DNA from: a virus
Lineage: Duplodnaviria > Caudoviricetes
Direction: 5' to 3' (one strand)
IMG/VR virus record: IMGVR_UViG_3300050121_000032
Span: 2,030 to 66,029 of that record
Length of the DNA: 64,000 bases
This document shows positions 55,771 through 63,562 of the stretch, in pieces. Numbering within the stretch: the stretch's first letter is position 1; every line of letters starts with the position of its first letter. Below the pieces are notes generated by a model that was given only the letters and a program-made list of their open reading frames with translations, was not told where the DNA came from and made no database searches. The translations under genes and the position numbers were made by a program.

Positions 55771-56326
55771 CTTCGGACCGCTGTTTACTACCTTTGGAAC
55801 CGACAAAGGGACGTGGGGGTACACACCGTTCTACGACGCGATCATGGGCCCCCGACGTTTCGAAGTGGAGCGAGTGTTGGAGATTGGGATTTGTGGGTAC
55901 CGCGATATCCCGGGGAATGTGGTCGGCGCATCGTTGTTTGTCTGGCGCGATGCATTTCCCAATGCTGAGATATACGGCGTTGACATCGACGGGCGGTTCA
56001 TCTTCAACGACCAGCCGCGTATCCACACTGTGCAGTGTGATGCTTACGACGCCGACGCGCTCCACGCCGCACTCGTGCGGTTCGGCGGTCTGCCGTTCGA
56101 TATGATTGTCGACGACGCTGTGCACGATCCGGAGCCGCAGATTGGCCTGATGAACATGCTGCAGCCGTGGATGGCTGACGGTGGCAATTATTTTGTCGAG
56201 GATGTCGGTCCTTACAAATGCCCCAACGGTCTCGACGCCGACATGATCGAAAAGATCAAGGGCTATGGGGCCGTCACCGTCGGCCGGGTCCACAAGCCGG
56301 AAGTGCTGGTGATCGGGATTAAGTAG
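55760..56326 (+). CDS. class I SAM-dependent methyltransferase (sugar O-methyltransferase-like)
   Basis: GTDK, VLEIGI, GASL..WRD.FPNAEIYGVDI, FDMIVDDAVH, YFVED. Confidence 0.85.
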   Translation: MAFSFGPLFTTFGTDKGTWGYTPFYDAIMGPRRFEVERVLEIGICGYRDIPGNVVGASLFVWRDAFPNAEIYGVDIDGRFIFNDQPRIHTVQCDAYDADALHAALVRFGGLPFDMIVDDAVHDPEPQIGLMNMLQPWMADGGNYFVEDVGPYKCPNGLDADMIEKIKGYGAVTVGRVHKPEVLVIGIK

Positions 56327-56333
56327 TTTTTAA
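56319..56333. promoter_or_regulatory. CtrA-type box TTAA-N7-TTAA upstream of the head-gene cluster
   Basis: TTAAGTAGTTTTTAA, spanning the methyltransferase stop. Confidence 0.65.
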
Positions 56334-56385
56334 TCCCTCGGCGATATCGGTGGGTCTCAGGACTTTTCCTCAAGGAGCGATAATC

Positions 56386-56607
56386 ATGGCTGGCTTCCTC
56401 AAGAAGAACGAGAAGAGCGCCGACTTCGCCAAGGGCGGCAACACCCACATGTTCGGCGAACAGGCCGCGGCCGAGATGCCCTCGGGCACCACGGACAAGG
56501 GCGACAAGGGCGGTCCGGGCGAGAAGTTCGCCAAGGGCGGCTCCGGGAAGATGTTCGGCTATGCCGGCTCCGTCTCCGCCACCGCCGGCCAGACCGGCGC
56601 GCGCTGA
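56386..56607 (+). CDS. small protein with duplicated FAKGG...MFG repeat
   Basis: AAGGAG RBS; DFAKGGNTHMFG and KFAKGGSGKMFG. Confidence 0.75.
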   Translation: MAGFLKKNEKSADFAKGGNTHMFGEQAAAEMPSGTTDKGDKGGPGEKFAKGGSGKMFGYAGSVSATAGQTGAR

Positions 56608-56608
56608 C

Positions 56609-56827
56609 ATGCAGCGCCAGAGCATCAAGCCCATGGGTACCGGTGCCCCGAAGACCGTACCCACTCCGGGCGCGGTCTCCTCGGTCGGTCCCTCGGGCGC
56701 GGCTCCCAAGCCCCGGATGAAGAACACCCGGGACTACGGCAAGCAGGCTCCGGCGGCGCAGCCGCTGGCACCCTCCCCGAACCCGTTCGGTCCGACCGAA
56801 GGTGGCTCGCGGATCGGAGGAATTTGA
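56609..56827 (+). CDS. small Pro-rich hypothetical protein
   Basis: Coupled ORF; DYGK. Confidence 0.6.
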   Translation: MQRQSIKPMGTGAPKTVPTPGAVSSVGPSGAAPKPRMKNTRDYGKQAPAAQPLAPSPNPFGPTEGGSRIGGI

Positions 56828-56828
56828 G

Positions 56829-57047
56829 ATGTTCAAGAAGCACATGACGCCGATCGGCATCCACAAGAAGGGCACGCTGGACAACACCCCGGATAAGGGC
56901 TCGTCCCAGCGCGACCTCCCCGCAGCGGCCACCGGCGGCGGCCCGTCCAGTTTTCAATCCTACGGCAAGGCAACCCCAATGGCCCAGCCGGCACCCGCCC
57001 CTGACGGGCTCGGGTCCGGAAGCTGGCCCGGAAACGCAATCGCTTGA
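56829..57047 (+). CDS. small hypothetical protein
   Basis: GGAGG RBS; MTPIG and SYGK resemble the upstream gene. Confidence 0.65.
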   Translation: MFKKHMTPIGIHKKGTLDNTPDKGSSQRDLPAAATGGGPSSFQSYGKATPMAQPAPAPDGLGSGSWPGNAIA

Positions 57048-57298
57048 CAGCCCCAATTCACCTCATAACGGCCCACTACCTGCAGTCCCTCCGCGTTGCG
57101 GCGCCCAAGGAATACGAGGCGTTCGTCGAGGCGTTTGACGCATGGGCGACCGAAGTTACCGTGGCGGTAACCACCGCCCCGCAGGATCAGGTCCTGCAGC
57201 AGCAGGGCCGCGCGCAGGCCTACCTGCACCTGCTCAAGATGTTCCGAGACCCAACCAACCATCTCCAACAGCAGCAGTCCAACCCGCCCTCGGCCTGA
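57044..57298 (+). CDS. conserved small head-module protein
   Basis: QQQGRAQAYLHL motif typical of pre-scaffold proteins. Confidence 0.7.
   Translation: MTAPIHLITAHYLQSLRVAAPKEYEAFVEAFDAWATEVTVAVTTAPQDQVLQQQGRAQAYLHLLKMFRDPTNHLQQQQSNPPSA
57156..57170. promoter_or_regulatory. dispersed palindrome TTACCG-TGG-CGGTAA (intragenic, VTVAV)
   Basis: exact motif match. Confidence 0.85.
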
Positions 57299-57328
57299 TG
57301 AAGCCCGAGCGCAAAAGGAGCTACCTCT

Positions 57329-58432
57329 ATGGCCGTCAATGAAGGCTTGAAGCCAGTCGACCCCACCGCCGCCGTCCCCACCGATCCGAATGTCAAGGTA
57401 CCCGATCACGTCCGCCGCGCCGCCGAAGAGGCGGAGGCGATCTACAAGCGGGCTTACCCGACTGAGGTGCCTGCCGAAGTTAAGCCCGAGCCGGCCGCCC
57501 CTGCCCCGGTAGCGCAGGAGCAACCGGCCCCCGCCGCGGAAGCACAGCCTGAACAGGTCCCGCAGCAGGCCCAGCCCGAGCACACGCCGCTCAAGCCGGG
57601 CGAAGAGAATATCAGCGCCGAGGAATGGCGCCATCGCTTTCTCTCGATGCAGGGCCGCTATAACTCCGCGGCCAAGCAGATCGGCTCCATGGAGCAGCAG
57701 ATGCAGGAGCTGGGTCAGGAGCTGGTCCGCACCCAGAACATGATCGCTCACGCACAGGCCCAGCCCCAGCAGCAGGCGGCCCCGCAGCGTCCCGCTCACG
57801 GAAACTTGATCACGGACGAGGACCGCCAGAACTATGGCGACGACCTGATCGACCTCGCTCGCCGCGCCGCGATGGACAGCGTGCAGCCGCAGTTGTCGCA
57901 TCTCGAAGAAGAGAACAAGCGCCTGACAAATCAAGTGCGTAACACAGCCAAGCGCGAGCTGTTCATCACCTTGGACGGCAAGCTCCCGAACTGGCGCGCG
58001 ATCAACAACTCGATCCAGTTCAAATCGTGGCTGCGTTTACCAAATCTTTATACTGGTCGTATTAGAGGTCAGATGCTTCAGGATGGCGTCGCCGGCGCTA
58101 ACGCCCCGGTAGTCATCCAGTTGTTCAAAGACTTCCTCGCGGAAGCAAACGCCACGGGCCAGATGGTTCCGGCACCGCAGATAGAGCAGACCGCCCCCCT
58201 CGCGTCTCCTCGTGCCCCTGCAGTCGCTCTGGAAACACTCGCAGCTCCCGGCAGGGCCAGACCGCCGTCAGGTGACAGCCAGACGTCCGTCGACAAGCCG
58301 ATCTACACACGCGCCCAAATCTCCAAGTTCTATGAGGACAGCCGCAAAGGGCTCTACGCCGGCCGACAGGCCGACTACGACGCGATGCAGGCCGATCTCA
58401 CAGCAGCCCAGAGGGAAGGACGCATTCGGTAA
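57329..58432 (+). CDS. capsid scaffolding protein
   Basis: AAGGAG RBS; coiled coil, ends AQREGRIR; directly before MCP. Confidence 0.75.
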   Translation: MAVNEGLKPVDPTAAVPTDPNVKVPDHVRRAAEEAEAIYKRAYPTEVPAEVKPEPAAPAPVAQEQPAPAAEAQPEQVPQQAQPEHTPLKPGEENISAEEWRHRFLSMQGRYNSAAKQIGSMEQQMQELGQELVRTQNMIAHAQAQPQQQAAPQRPAHGNLITDEDRQNYGDDLIDLARRAAMDSVQPQLSHLEEENKRLTNQVRNTAKRELFITLDGKLPNWRAINNSIQFKSWLRLPNLYTGRIRGQMLQDGVAGANAPVVIQLFKDFLAEANATGQMVPAPQIEQTAPLASPRAPAVALETLAAPGRARPPSGDSQTSVDKPIYTRAQISKFYEDSRKGLYAGRQADYDAMQADLTAAQREGRIR

Positions 58433-58491
58433 ACCCGGGGGCTTCTGTGTCACACATGTGCCAAGCCCCCTAGCATAAGGGGGCTTTGGCT

Positions 58492-59502
58492 ATGGCCATT
58501 CCCAGTTCAGGCTTTCCCGGCGCAACGTCCGGTTCAACTCCGGCGATCTACCCCACCGGTAGCTCGGGCAACTCCCTGCAGTCGACCGGTTTCATTCCCG
58601 AAATCTGGTCGGGCAAGCTCGTCGAGAAGTTCTACGCCTCGACCGTCCTCGCCGCGATCTCGAACACCGACTACGAAGGCGAGATCAAGAACAAGGGCGA
58701 CCGCGTCAAAATCCGCACGAAGCCGACGATCACGATCCACAACTACCAGTCCGACGGTCTGCTCGGTCTGGACCGCCCGACCGGCGGCACCGTGGAGCTG
58801 TACATCGGCAACGGCAAATACTTCTCGCTGATCCTCGACGACGTGATGGAAATTCAGAGCGATCTGAACGTCCTCTCCATGTGGTCGGACGATGCGGCGC
58901 AGCAGCTGAAGATCACCGTGGACAGCGATGTCCTCGACGGCATCGTCGGCCAGATGGTGGCGGCCAACCGCGGCACGTCCGCCGGCGTCATCACCGGCAA
59001 CATCAACCTCGGCGTCAAGGGTACCCCGCTCTCGGTGGTCTCCAAGAACCCGGGCGTGGGTGACATCGAACTGCTCGACGTCCTGATGCGTATGGGTCAG
59101 GTGCTCGACGAGCAGAACATTCCGGAGGTCGGCCGTTGGGTCGTCATGCCGGCGTGGGCGGGCCGCATGATCAAGCAGTCCGAACTGCGTCAGGCGTACC
59201 TCTCGGGCGACAGCGTCTCGATGCTGCGGAACGGCCGGCTGGGCATGGTTGATCGGTTCACGATCTACATCTCCAACCTCCTGCCGAACAACAGCACCGA
59301 CAGCACGAACTTCAACGCCGGTGAATGGCCGATCTTCGCGGGCCACGCGCACGGTCTGACGTTCGCCTCGCAGATCAGCAAGGTGGAAACGTTGCGTTCC
59401 GAGCTTACATTTGGCCAAATCCTGCGCGGCCTGCAGGTCTACGGCTATCAGGTCGTGGACGGGAAGGCCTTGGTCCAGGCCCAGGTGACCCCGAACTCCT
59501 GA
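58492..59502 (+). CDS. major capsid protein
   Basis: FIPEIWSGKL...ISNTDYEGEI...GDRVKIR, LDEQNIPEVGRWVV, RGLQVYG; followed by terminator. Confidence 0.92.
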   Translation: MAIPSSGFPGATSGSTPAIYPTGSSGNSLQSTGFIPEIWSGKLVEKFYASTVLAAISNTDYEGEIKNKGDRVKIRTKPTITIHNYQSDGLLGLDRPTGGTVELYIGNGKYFSLILDDVMEIQSDLNVLSMWSDDAAQQLKITVDSDVLDGIVGQMVAANRGTSAGVITGNINLGVKGTPLSVVSKNPGVGDIELLDVLMRMGQVLDEQNIPEVGRWVVMPAWAGRMIKQSELRQAYLSGDSVSMLRNGRLGMVDRFTIYISNLLPNNSTDSTNFNAGEWPIFAGHAHGLTFASQISKVETLRSELTFGQILRGLQVYGYQVVDGKALVQAQVTPNS

Positions 59503-59528
59503 TCCGGGGCTATCTAAACCAAAGATTA

Positions 59529-59562
59529 AGAGCCCCGGGGGTAATGCTCCGGGGCTCTCTTT
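59529..59562 (+). terminator. intrinsic terminator-like hairpin after MCP
   Basis: AGAGCCCCGGGG-GTAATG-CTCCGGGGCTCT followed by CTTT. Confidence 0.65.
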
Positions 59563-59576
59563 GTGTGGGTGGCCGC

Positions 59577-59975
59577 ATGTCCTCAGCGCTCGAAACGATC
59601 ACAGACTACATCAACGACGCGCGCACCCTGCTGCAGGACACGCTCGCGCCGTATCGCTACGACGACCCCAGTCTGGTTACCGCGATGAACGTGACGCTGC
59701 TGGAGGGCCGCCGTATCCGCCCCGACCTGTTCATCTACCGGCGCTGCAAGCCCGGCGAGAGCCTCGTGCAGAGCTTCCAAGCCAACGATGGCACCAAGCT
59801 GGATATGGAAGAGCAGTTCCGGCTCGCCTTCCTCCACGGCATGTGTGCGCACGCGCTGGAGCGGGATCAGGAAGACCTTCAGGATCAGCGCGCCACCATG
59901 TTCTTCAACATCTTTAACGAGCTGCTGCTCGGCGTCCGAGTGGCCGGTGTTCGTTCGCCTCCGGTGCCGACATGA
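59577..59975 (+). CDS. head-tail adaptor-like protein
   Basis: INDARTLLQD...RY...RPDLF; follows MCP. Confidence 0.6.
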   Translation: MSSALETITDYINDARTLLQDTLAPYRYDDPSLVTAMNVTLLEGRRIRPDLFIYRRCKPGESLVQSFQANDGTKLDMEEQFRLAFLHGMCAHALERDQEDLQDQRATMFFNIFNELLLGVRVAGVRSPPVPT

Positions 59976-60652
59976 TCGCAAAGCATGACCTCGATCAGCT
60001 GCTGAACCAAGCCCGCGTGTACTGCGTCGGCGCGTCTGACGCCGGCCTGAAGGCGGAGCTGTACGACGTGCTCACGGAGTTCTGCCGCGACAGCGGCGTG
60101 TGGACGCAGGACATTGTGGTGGCCTACCAGCCCAACGTGCAGACCTATCCGCTGTTCGTGCCGTCGGGACAGATTTACGATCTCGTCGGGGTCAGTGATT
60201 GGGGCACCACCGTGCCCACTCCCACGACGTCGACCCCGGCTAACGCTTCGTTCGTCCCGGCGTTGATGCCCGACTTCGACACGCTGGTGGTGAAGAACAA
60301 GCCGCAGCTCGCAGGCTACTTCGTCGTCACCGTGCGCACCAACGTGGTGCTGCCGACCGACCGCAACATGGTCACCGACGCGCCTGACTGGATGCTGCCG
60401 CGCTATCATCTCGGCATTCTCGATGGGCTGATCGCGAAGATGATGTCGCAGCCCAGCAAGAGCTACTCCAACACGGAGCGCGGGGTCTACCACCTCAAGC
60501 GTTTCCGTGACGCCATCGCGCAGGCTCGCGTGCAGAAGCTGCGCGCCAACACACTGGGGGGCACCGCGTGGCGCTTCCCGCAGAACTATCGCTCCGTCAG
60601 CCAACAGAGCGGCGTGCCGGCGATCGGCAGCGCCAATGAGAGGAGCTTCTGA
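59972..60652 (+). CDS. virion structural protein (adaptor / tail tubular A-like)
   Basis: EFCRDSGVW...GLIAKMMSQPSKSYSN. Confidence 0.6.
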   Translation: MIAKHDLDQLLNQARVYCVGASDAGLKAELYDVLTEFCRDSGVWTQDIVVAYQPNVQTYPLFVPSGQIYDLVGVSDWGTTVPTPTTSTPANASFVPALMPDFDTLVVKNKPQLAGYFVVTVRTNVVLPTDRNMVTDAPDWMLPRYHLGILDGLIAKMMSQPSKSYSNTERGVYHLKRFRDAIAQARVQKLRANTLGGTAWRFPQNYRSVSQQSGVPAIGSANERSF

Positions 60653-61026
60653 TGTGGGGCCCGTCAACAGCATCTGAAGTCGACATCGTCGCCGCGAACA
60701 CCGTGACGTGTCAGGAGGCGTTCCAGTTCGGGCTCTCGACCGACACATGGAATTTCACTGGCCAGAATTTCAAGATGGAGATCAAGGCCGATCGAGCGGA
60801 CAGCGCCGCGATCGTCGCCTTCACCAGCGGCGCCGGCAGCATCGTTGTCGACGACGTGACCAATCGTATCCTGCACCTCAACGTTCCGGAGGCTACCTTC
60901 ACTGCGTCCCTGCCGCCCGGTGAATACGTCTACGACCTCGTCATGTACGACGCCTCCTCGCCGCCGATCCGCACGATGCTGATGTACGGCAAGTTCTGTG
61001 TCACCCAAGGCGTCACGGAGAGCTAA
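60652..61026 (+). CDS. virion beta-sandwich protein (BppU N-terminal-like)
   Basis: NFTG..FKMEI...GEYVYDLVM...G.F.V..GVT. Confidence 0.55.
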   Translation: MWGPSTASEVDIVAANTVTCQEAFQFGLSTDTWNFTGQNFKMEIKADRADSAAIVAFTSGAGSIVVDDVTNRILHLNVPEATFTASLPPGEYVYDLVMYDASSPPIRTMLMYGKFCVTQGVTES

Positions 61027-61027
61027 C

Positions 61028-61939
61028 ATGGTAACCATCGTCTCCCCCGCTCCAATCTACGCGCGCCCCGTCGTGGTCGTTGTTGGGCCTACCGGCCCCG
61101 CCGGCGGCGCCACTGGCGGTGCTGGTTCAACCGGCCCGACCGGTGCCGCGGCCGCAACCGGCCCGACTGGATCAACGGGCCCGACCGGGCTCGGCGCGAC
61201 CGGCGCGACCGGCGTTACCGGACCGCGTGGTCTGACTGGCTACACCGGTCCTCCGGGAAACTCGTTCACCGGCCCGACTGGTCTTGCCGCTACGGGTGTG
61301 ACCGGTTCGACTGGCCCCCAAGGCGTGACCGGAGCCACGGGCAACACGGGCCCTCAAGGCGTGACTGGCCCGACCGGCAACACCGGTCCGACGGGCGTCC
61401 CCGGCTCGGCAACGAACACCGGCGCCACTGGCCCCACGGGCTTCAATGGCACCACTGGCGGCACCGGACCGACCGGTCCGACCGGTCCGACCGGTGTCAC
61501 CGGCGCTGCCGGTACGGCAACGAACACCGGCTCGACCGGGCCCACCGGCGCCACGGGGCCGTCGCAGATTTGCGATCTCGCCTTCGTCATCGACGGCGGC
61601 GGGTCAGTGCTGACCACCGGCGTGAAGGGATACATCACCGTCGACTTCGCCGGCACGATCCAGCAGAGCACCCTGCTTGCCGATCAGTCGGGCTCGATCG
61701 TGATTGACATCTGGAAGTGTACCTACGCGCAGTTCGACGCGGGCGCCACGCACCCGGTTGCGGCCGACAAGATCACTGCATCGGCCCCGCCGACGATCTC
61801 GACCGCGACCAAGGCACAGGACAGCACGCTCACCGGCTGGACGAAGACCTTCTCTGCCGGCGACATCTTCGCCTTCAGCATCACCAGTGTGACGACCATC
61901 CAGCGCGCCACCATCGCCCTTAAAGCGCTGAGGTCGTAA
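61028..61939 (+). CDS. collagen-like (Gly-X-Thr) fibre protein with C-terminal globular domain
   Basis: Long GPT/GAT/GVT array; [16 protein letters not shown]...[13 protein letters not shown]. Confidence 0.8.
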   Translation: MVTIVSPAPIYARPVVVVVGPTGPAGGATGGAGSTGPTGAAAATGPTGSTGPTGLGATGATGVTGPRGLTGYTGPPGNSFTGPTGLAATGVTGSTGPQGVTGATGNTGPQGVTGPTGNTGPTGVPGSATNTGATGPTGFNGTTGGTGPTGPTGPTGVTGAAGTATNTGSTGPTGATGPSQICDLAFVIDGGGSVLTTGVKGYITVDFAGTIQQSTLLADQSGSIVIDIWKCTYAQFDAGATHPVAADKITASAPPTISTATKAQDSTLTGWTKTFSAGDIFAFSITSVTTIQRATIALKALRS

Positions 61940-62562
61940 TGGGTACAATCTTCAACCCAGCTGACATCAATACTTTCGCGACACTGTCAAATGGCAATTT
62001 GACGGTGACGGGGAACAACGCCACGAGCAATGGCGGCGTGCGCGGCACGACCCAGTACAGCGCTGGCAAGGTCGTGCTCGGGTTCAAGAACATCACGATC
62101 ACCGACAGTCTCGACTACATCGGCGTCGGCCTGATCACGGATACGCTCGGGCTGGCTAACGGGTCGCAGGACCAAGCCATCATGTGCGGTATCCCGGGCA
62201 ACGCATGGGCGAAGTTTTCGGGCGGCTTCATCGGCAACACCGGCCCGATAACTGGCGAGACCCAGTTCGGCGCGAACAGCTCGGTCGACATCGCGCTCGA
62301 TCTCACGAATAACTCGTTCTGGTTTCGCTACAATGGCGGCGCGTGGTTCGGCACAAACAACACGACTGCCGATCCGGCGACCAATACGGCCGGCGCCGGC
62401 CTAAGTCCGGGTTCGCGAGGAGTGGCGCTCTACCCGTATGTCCGCGTCACGAACAGCGGCACGATCACGCTTAACCCGACGCCCACTTCCCTCCCTTCCG
62501 GCTTCAGCGCGTGGGACGTCATACCGCCGTTCCGCCGGTCTTCTGGATTGATCATCACATGA
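61939..62562 (+). CDS. SPRY/ConA-like beta-sandwich virion protein
   Basis: TLSNGNLT, AGK, IALDLTN..WF..NG, LPSGFSAW. Confidence 0.65.
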   Translation: MGTIFNPADINTFATLSNGNLTVTGNNATSNGGVRGTTQYSAGKVVLGFKNITITDSLDYIGVGLITDTLGLANGSQDQAIMCGIPGNAWAKFSGGFIGNTGPITGETQFGANSSVDIALDLTNNSFWFRYNGGAWFGTNNTTADPATNTAGAGLSPGSRGVALYPYVRVTNSGTITLNPTPTSLPSGFSAWDVIPPFRRSSGLIIT

Positions 62563-62684
62563 GCGAGCAAACTGACACCATCAAGGTGCCACCTGATAAC
62601 AACTGGTTCGTCGTGCCACGCGAAGACGTCACGTTCGTCGTGCCTCCCGAGGACAACGTCTTCCGCGTCCCAGCGAGGGCCTGA
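62559..62684 (+). CDS. small protein of 9-aa VPx[ED] repeats (41 aa, not in ORF track)
   Basis: [29 protein letters not shown]; ATGA overlap. Confidence 0.6.
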   Translation: MSEQTDTIKVPPDNNWFVVPREDVTFVVPPEDNVFRVPARA

Positions 62685-62685
62685 C

Positions 62686-63561
62686 ATGCCCCTCGTCGGT
62701 AGCGAAGTTCAGCAGGTAAGCGACCGCATTCGCTACCACCAAGAGTGCCCGTGGCTTGACCGTGACGAGCGTCTCAGCGGCGTGACCGCGACCGTCGACA
62801 ACGGGACCGCGACCGTCGACACGATCACGCTCGATGCTGATCATGCCGGCTTCCACTACTTCGTCGGCAACGGCACGCTCGGACAGGGCTTCAACGTGAT
62901 TTTCGCGCAGTCGACGACGCGCGGCCAGCTTCGCTATGACCATGTCGCCTTCAACATCGTTACCAACGGCGGCACGGTGTCAGGGTACACAGGGCCTTCG
63001 GTGCCGTTGATTTCGATCCTCGGACCCACGGGACCCACAGGTGCAGGGTCAGGAGGCGGTGGTGGAACAGGATACACAGGACCCACGGGCCCAACTGGTT
63101 TTGGCGCAACTGGCGCTGCTGCAACTGGCCCCACCGGACCAACAGGCCTTGGAGCTACCGGAGCTGCGGGGGCGAATGGCGCAACTGGTAACACAGGTCC
63201 CACCGGATACACCGGAGCGCAGGGAGCTGGTGGAGCTGTGGGCGCGACAGGCCCTACCGGTGTTACGGGCTTGCAGGGAAATAGCGGTACCGCGGGAAAC
63301 ACGGGGCCAACAGGTGTGGGCGGAAGTGTCGGAGCGACAGGCGTTACGGGACCAAGCGGCCCACAAGGGCCTCAAGGAGTAACAGGCATCCAAGGCGTGA
63401 CCGGCACAACTGGCCCAACGGGCGCTGCTTCATCCGTCGCTGGACCAACGGGCCTCGCCGGAAGCGCCGGCGCGACAGGACCGACTGGCGCTGCGTCCAC
63501 GGTCACGGGACCAACCGGAACAACAAACGGGTTGTACTGGGCACTTGTATTGGGAGCATGA
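62686..63561 (+). CDS. fibre adaptor domain + collagen-like (Gly-X-Thr) region
   Basis: N-terminal beta domain (WLDRDERL...TTRGQ), long GPT/GAT array. Confidence 0.75.
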   Translation: MPLVGSEVQQVSDRIRYHQECPWLDRDERLSGVTATVDNGTATVDTITLDADHAGFHYFVGNGTLGQGFNVIFAQSTTRGQLRYDHVAFNIVTNGGTVSGYTGPSVPLISILGPTGPTGAGSGGGGGTGYTGPTGPTGFGATGAAATGPTGPTGLGATGAAGANGATGNTGPTGYTGAQGAGGAVGATGPTGVTGLQGNSGTAGNTGPTGVGGSVGATGVTGPSGPQGPQGVTGIQGVTGTTGPTGAASSVAGPTGLAGSAGATGPTGAASTVTGPTGTTNGLYWALVLGA

Positions 63562-63562
63562 C

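Noticed and set aside
51650-63530. Nucleotide-level repeats (ACCGGCCCG etc.) in GPT-rich genes as DNA elements
   Set aside because: Explained by collagen-like protein repeats; synonymous positions vary freely.
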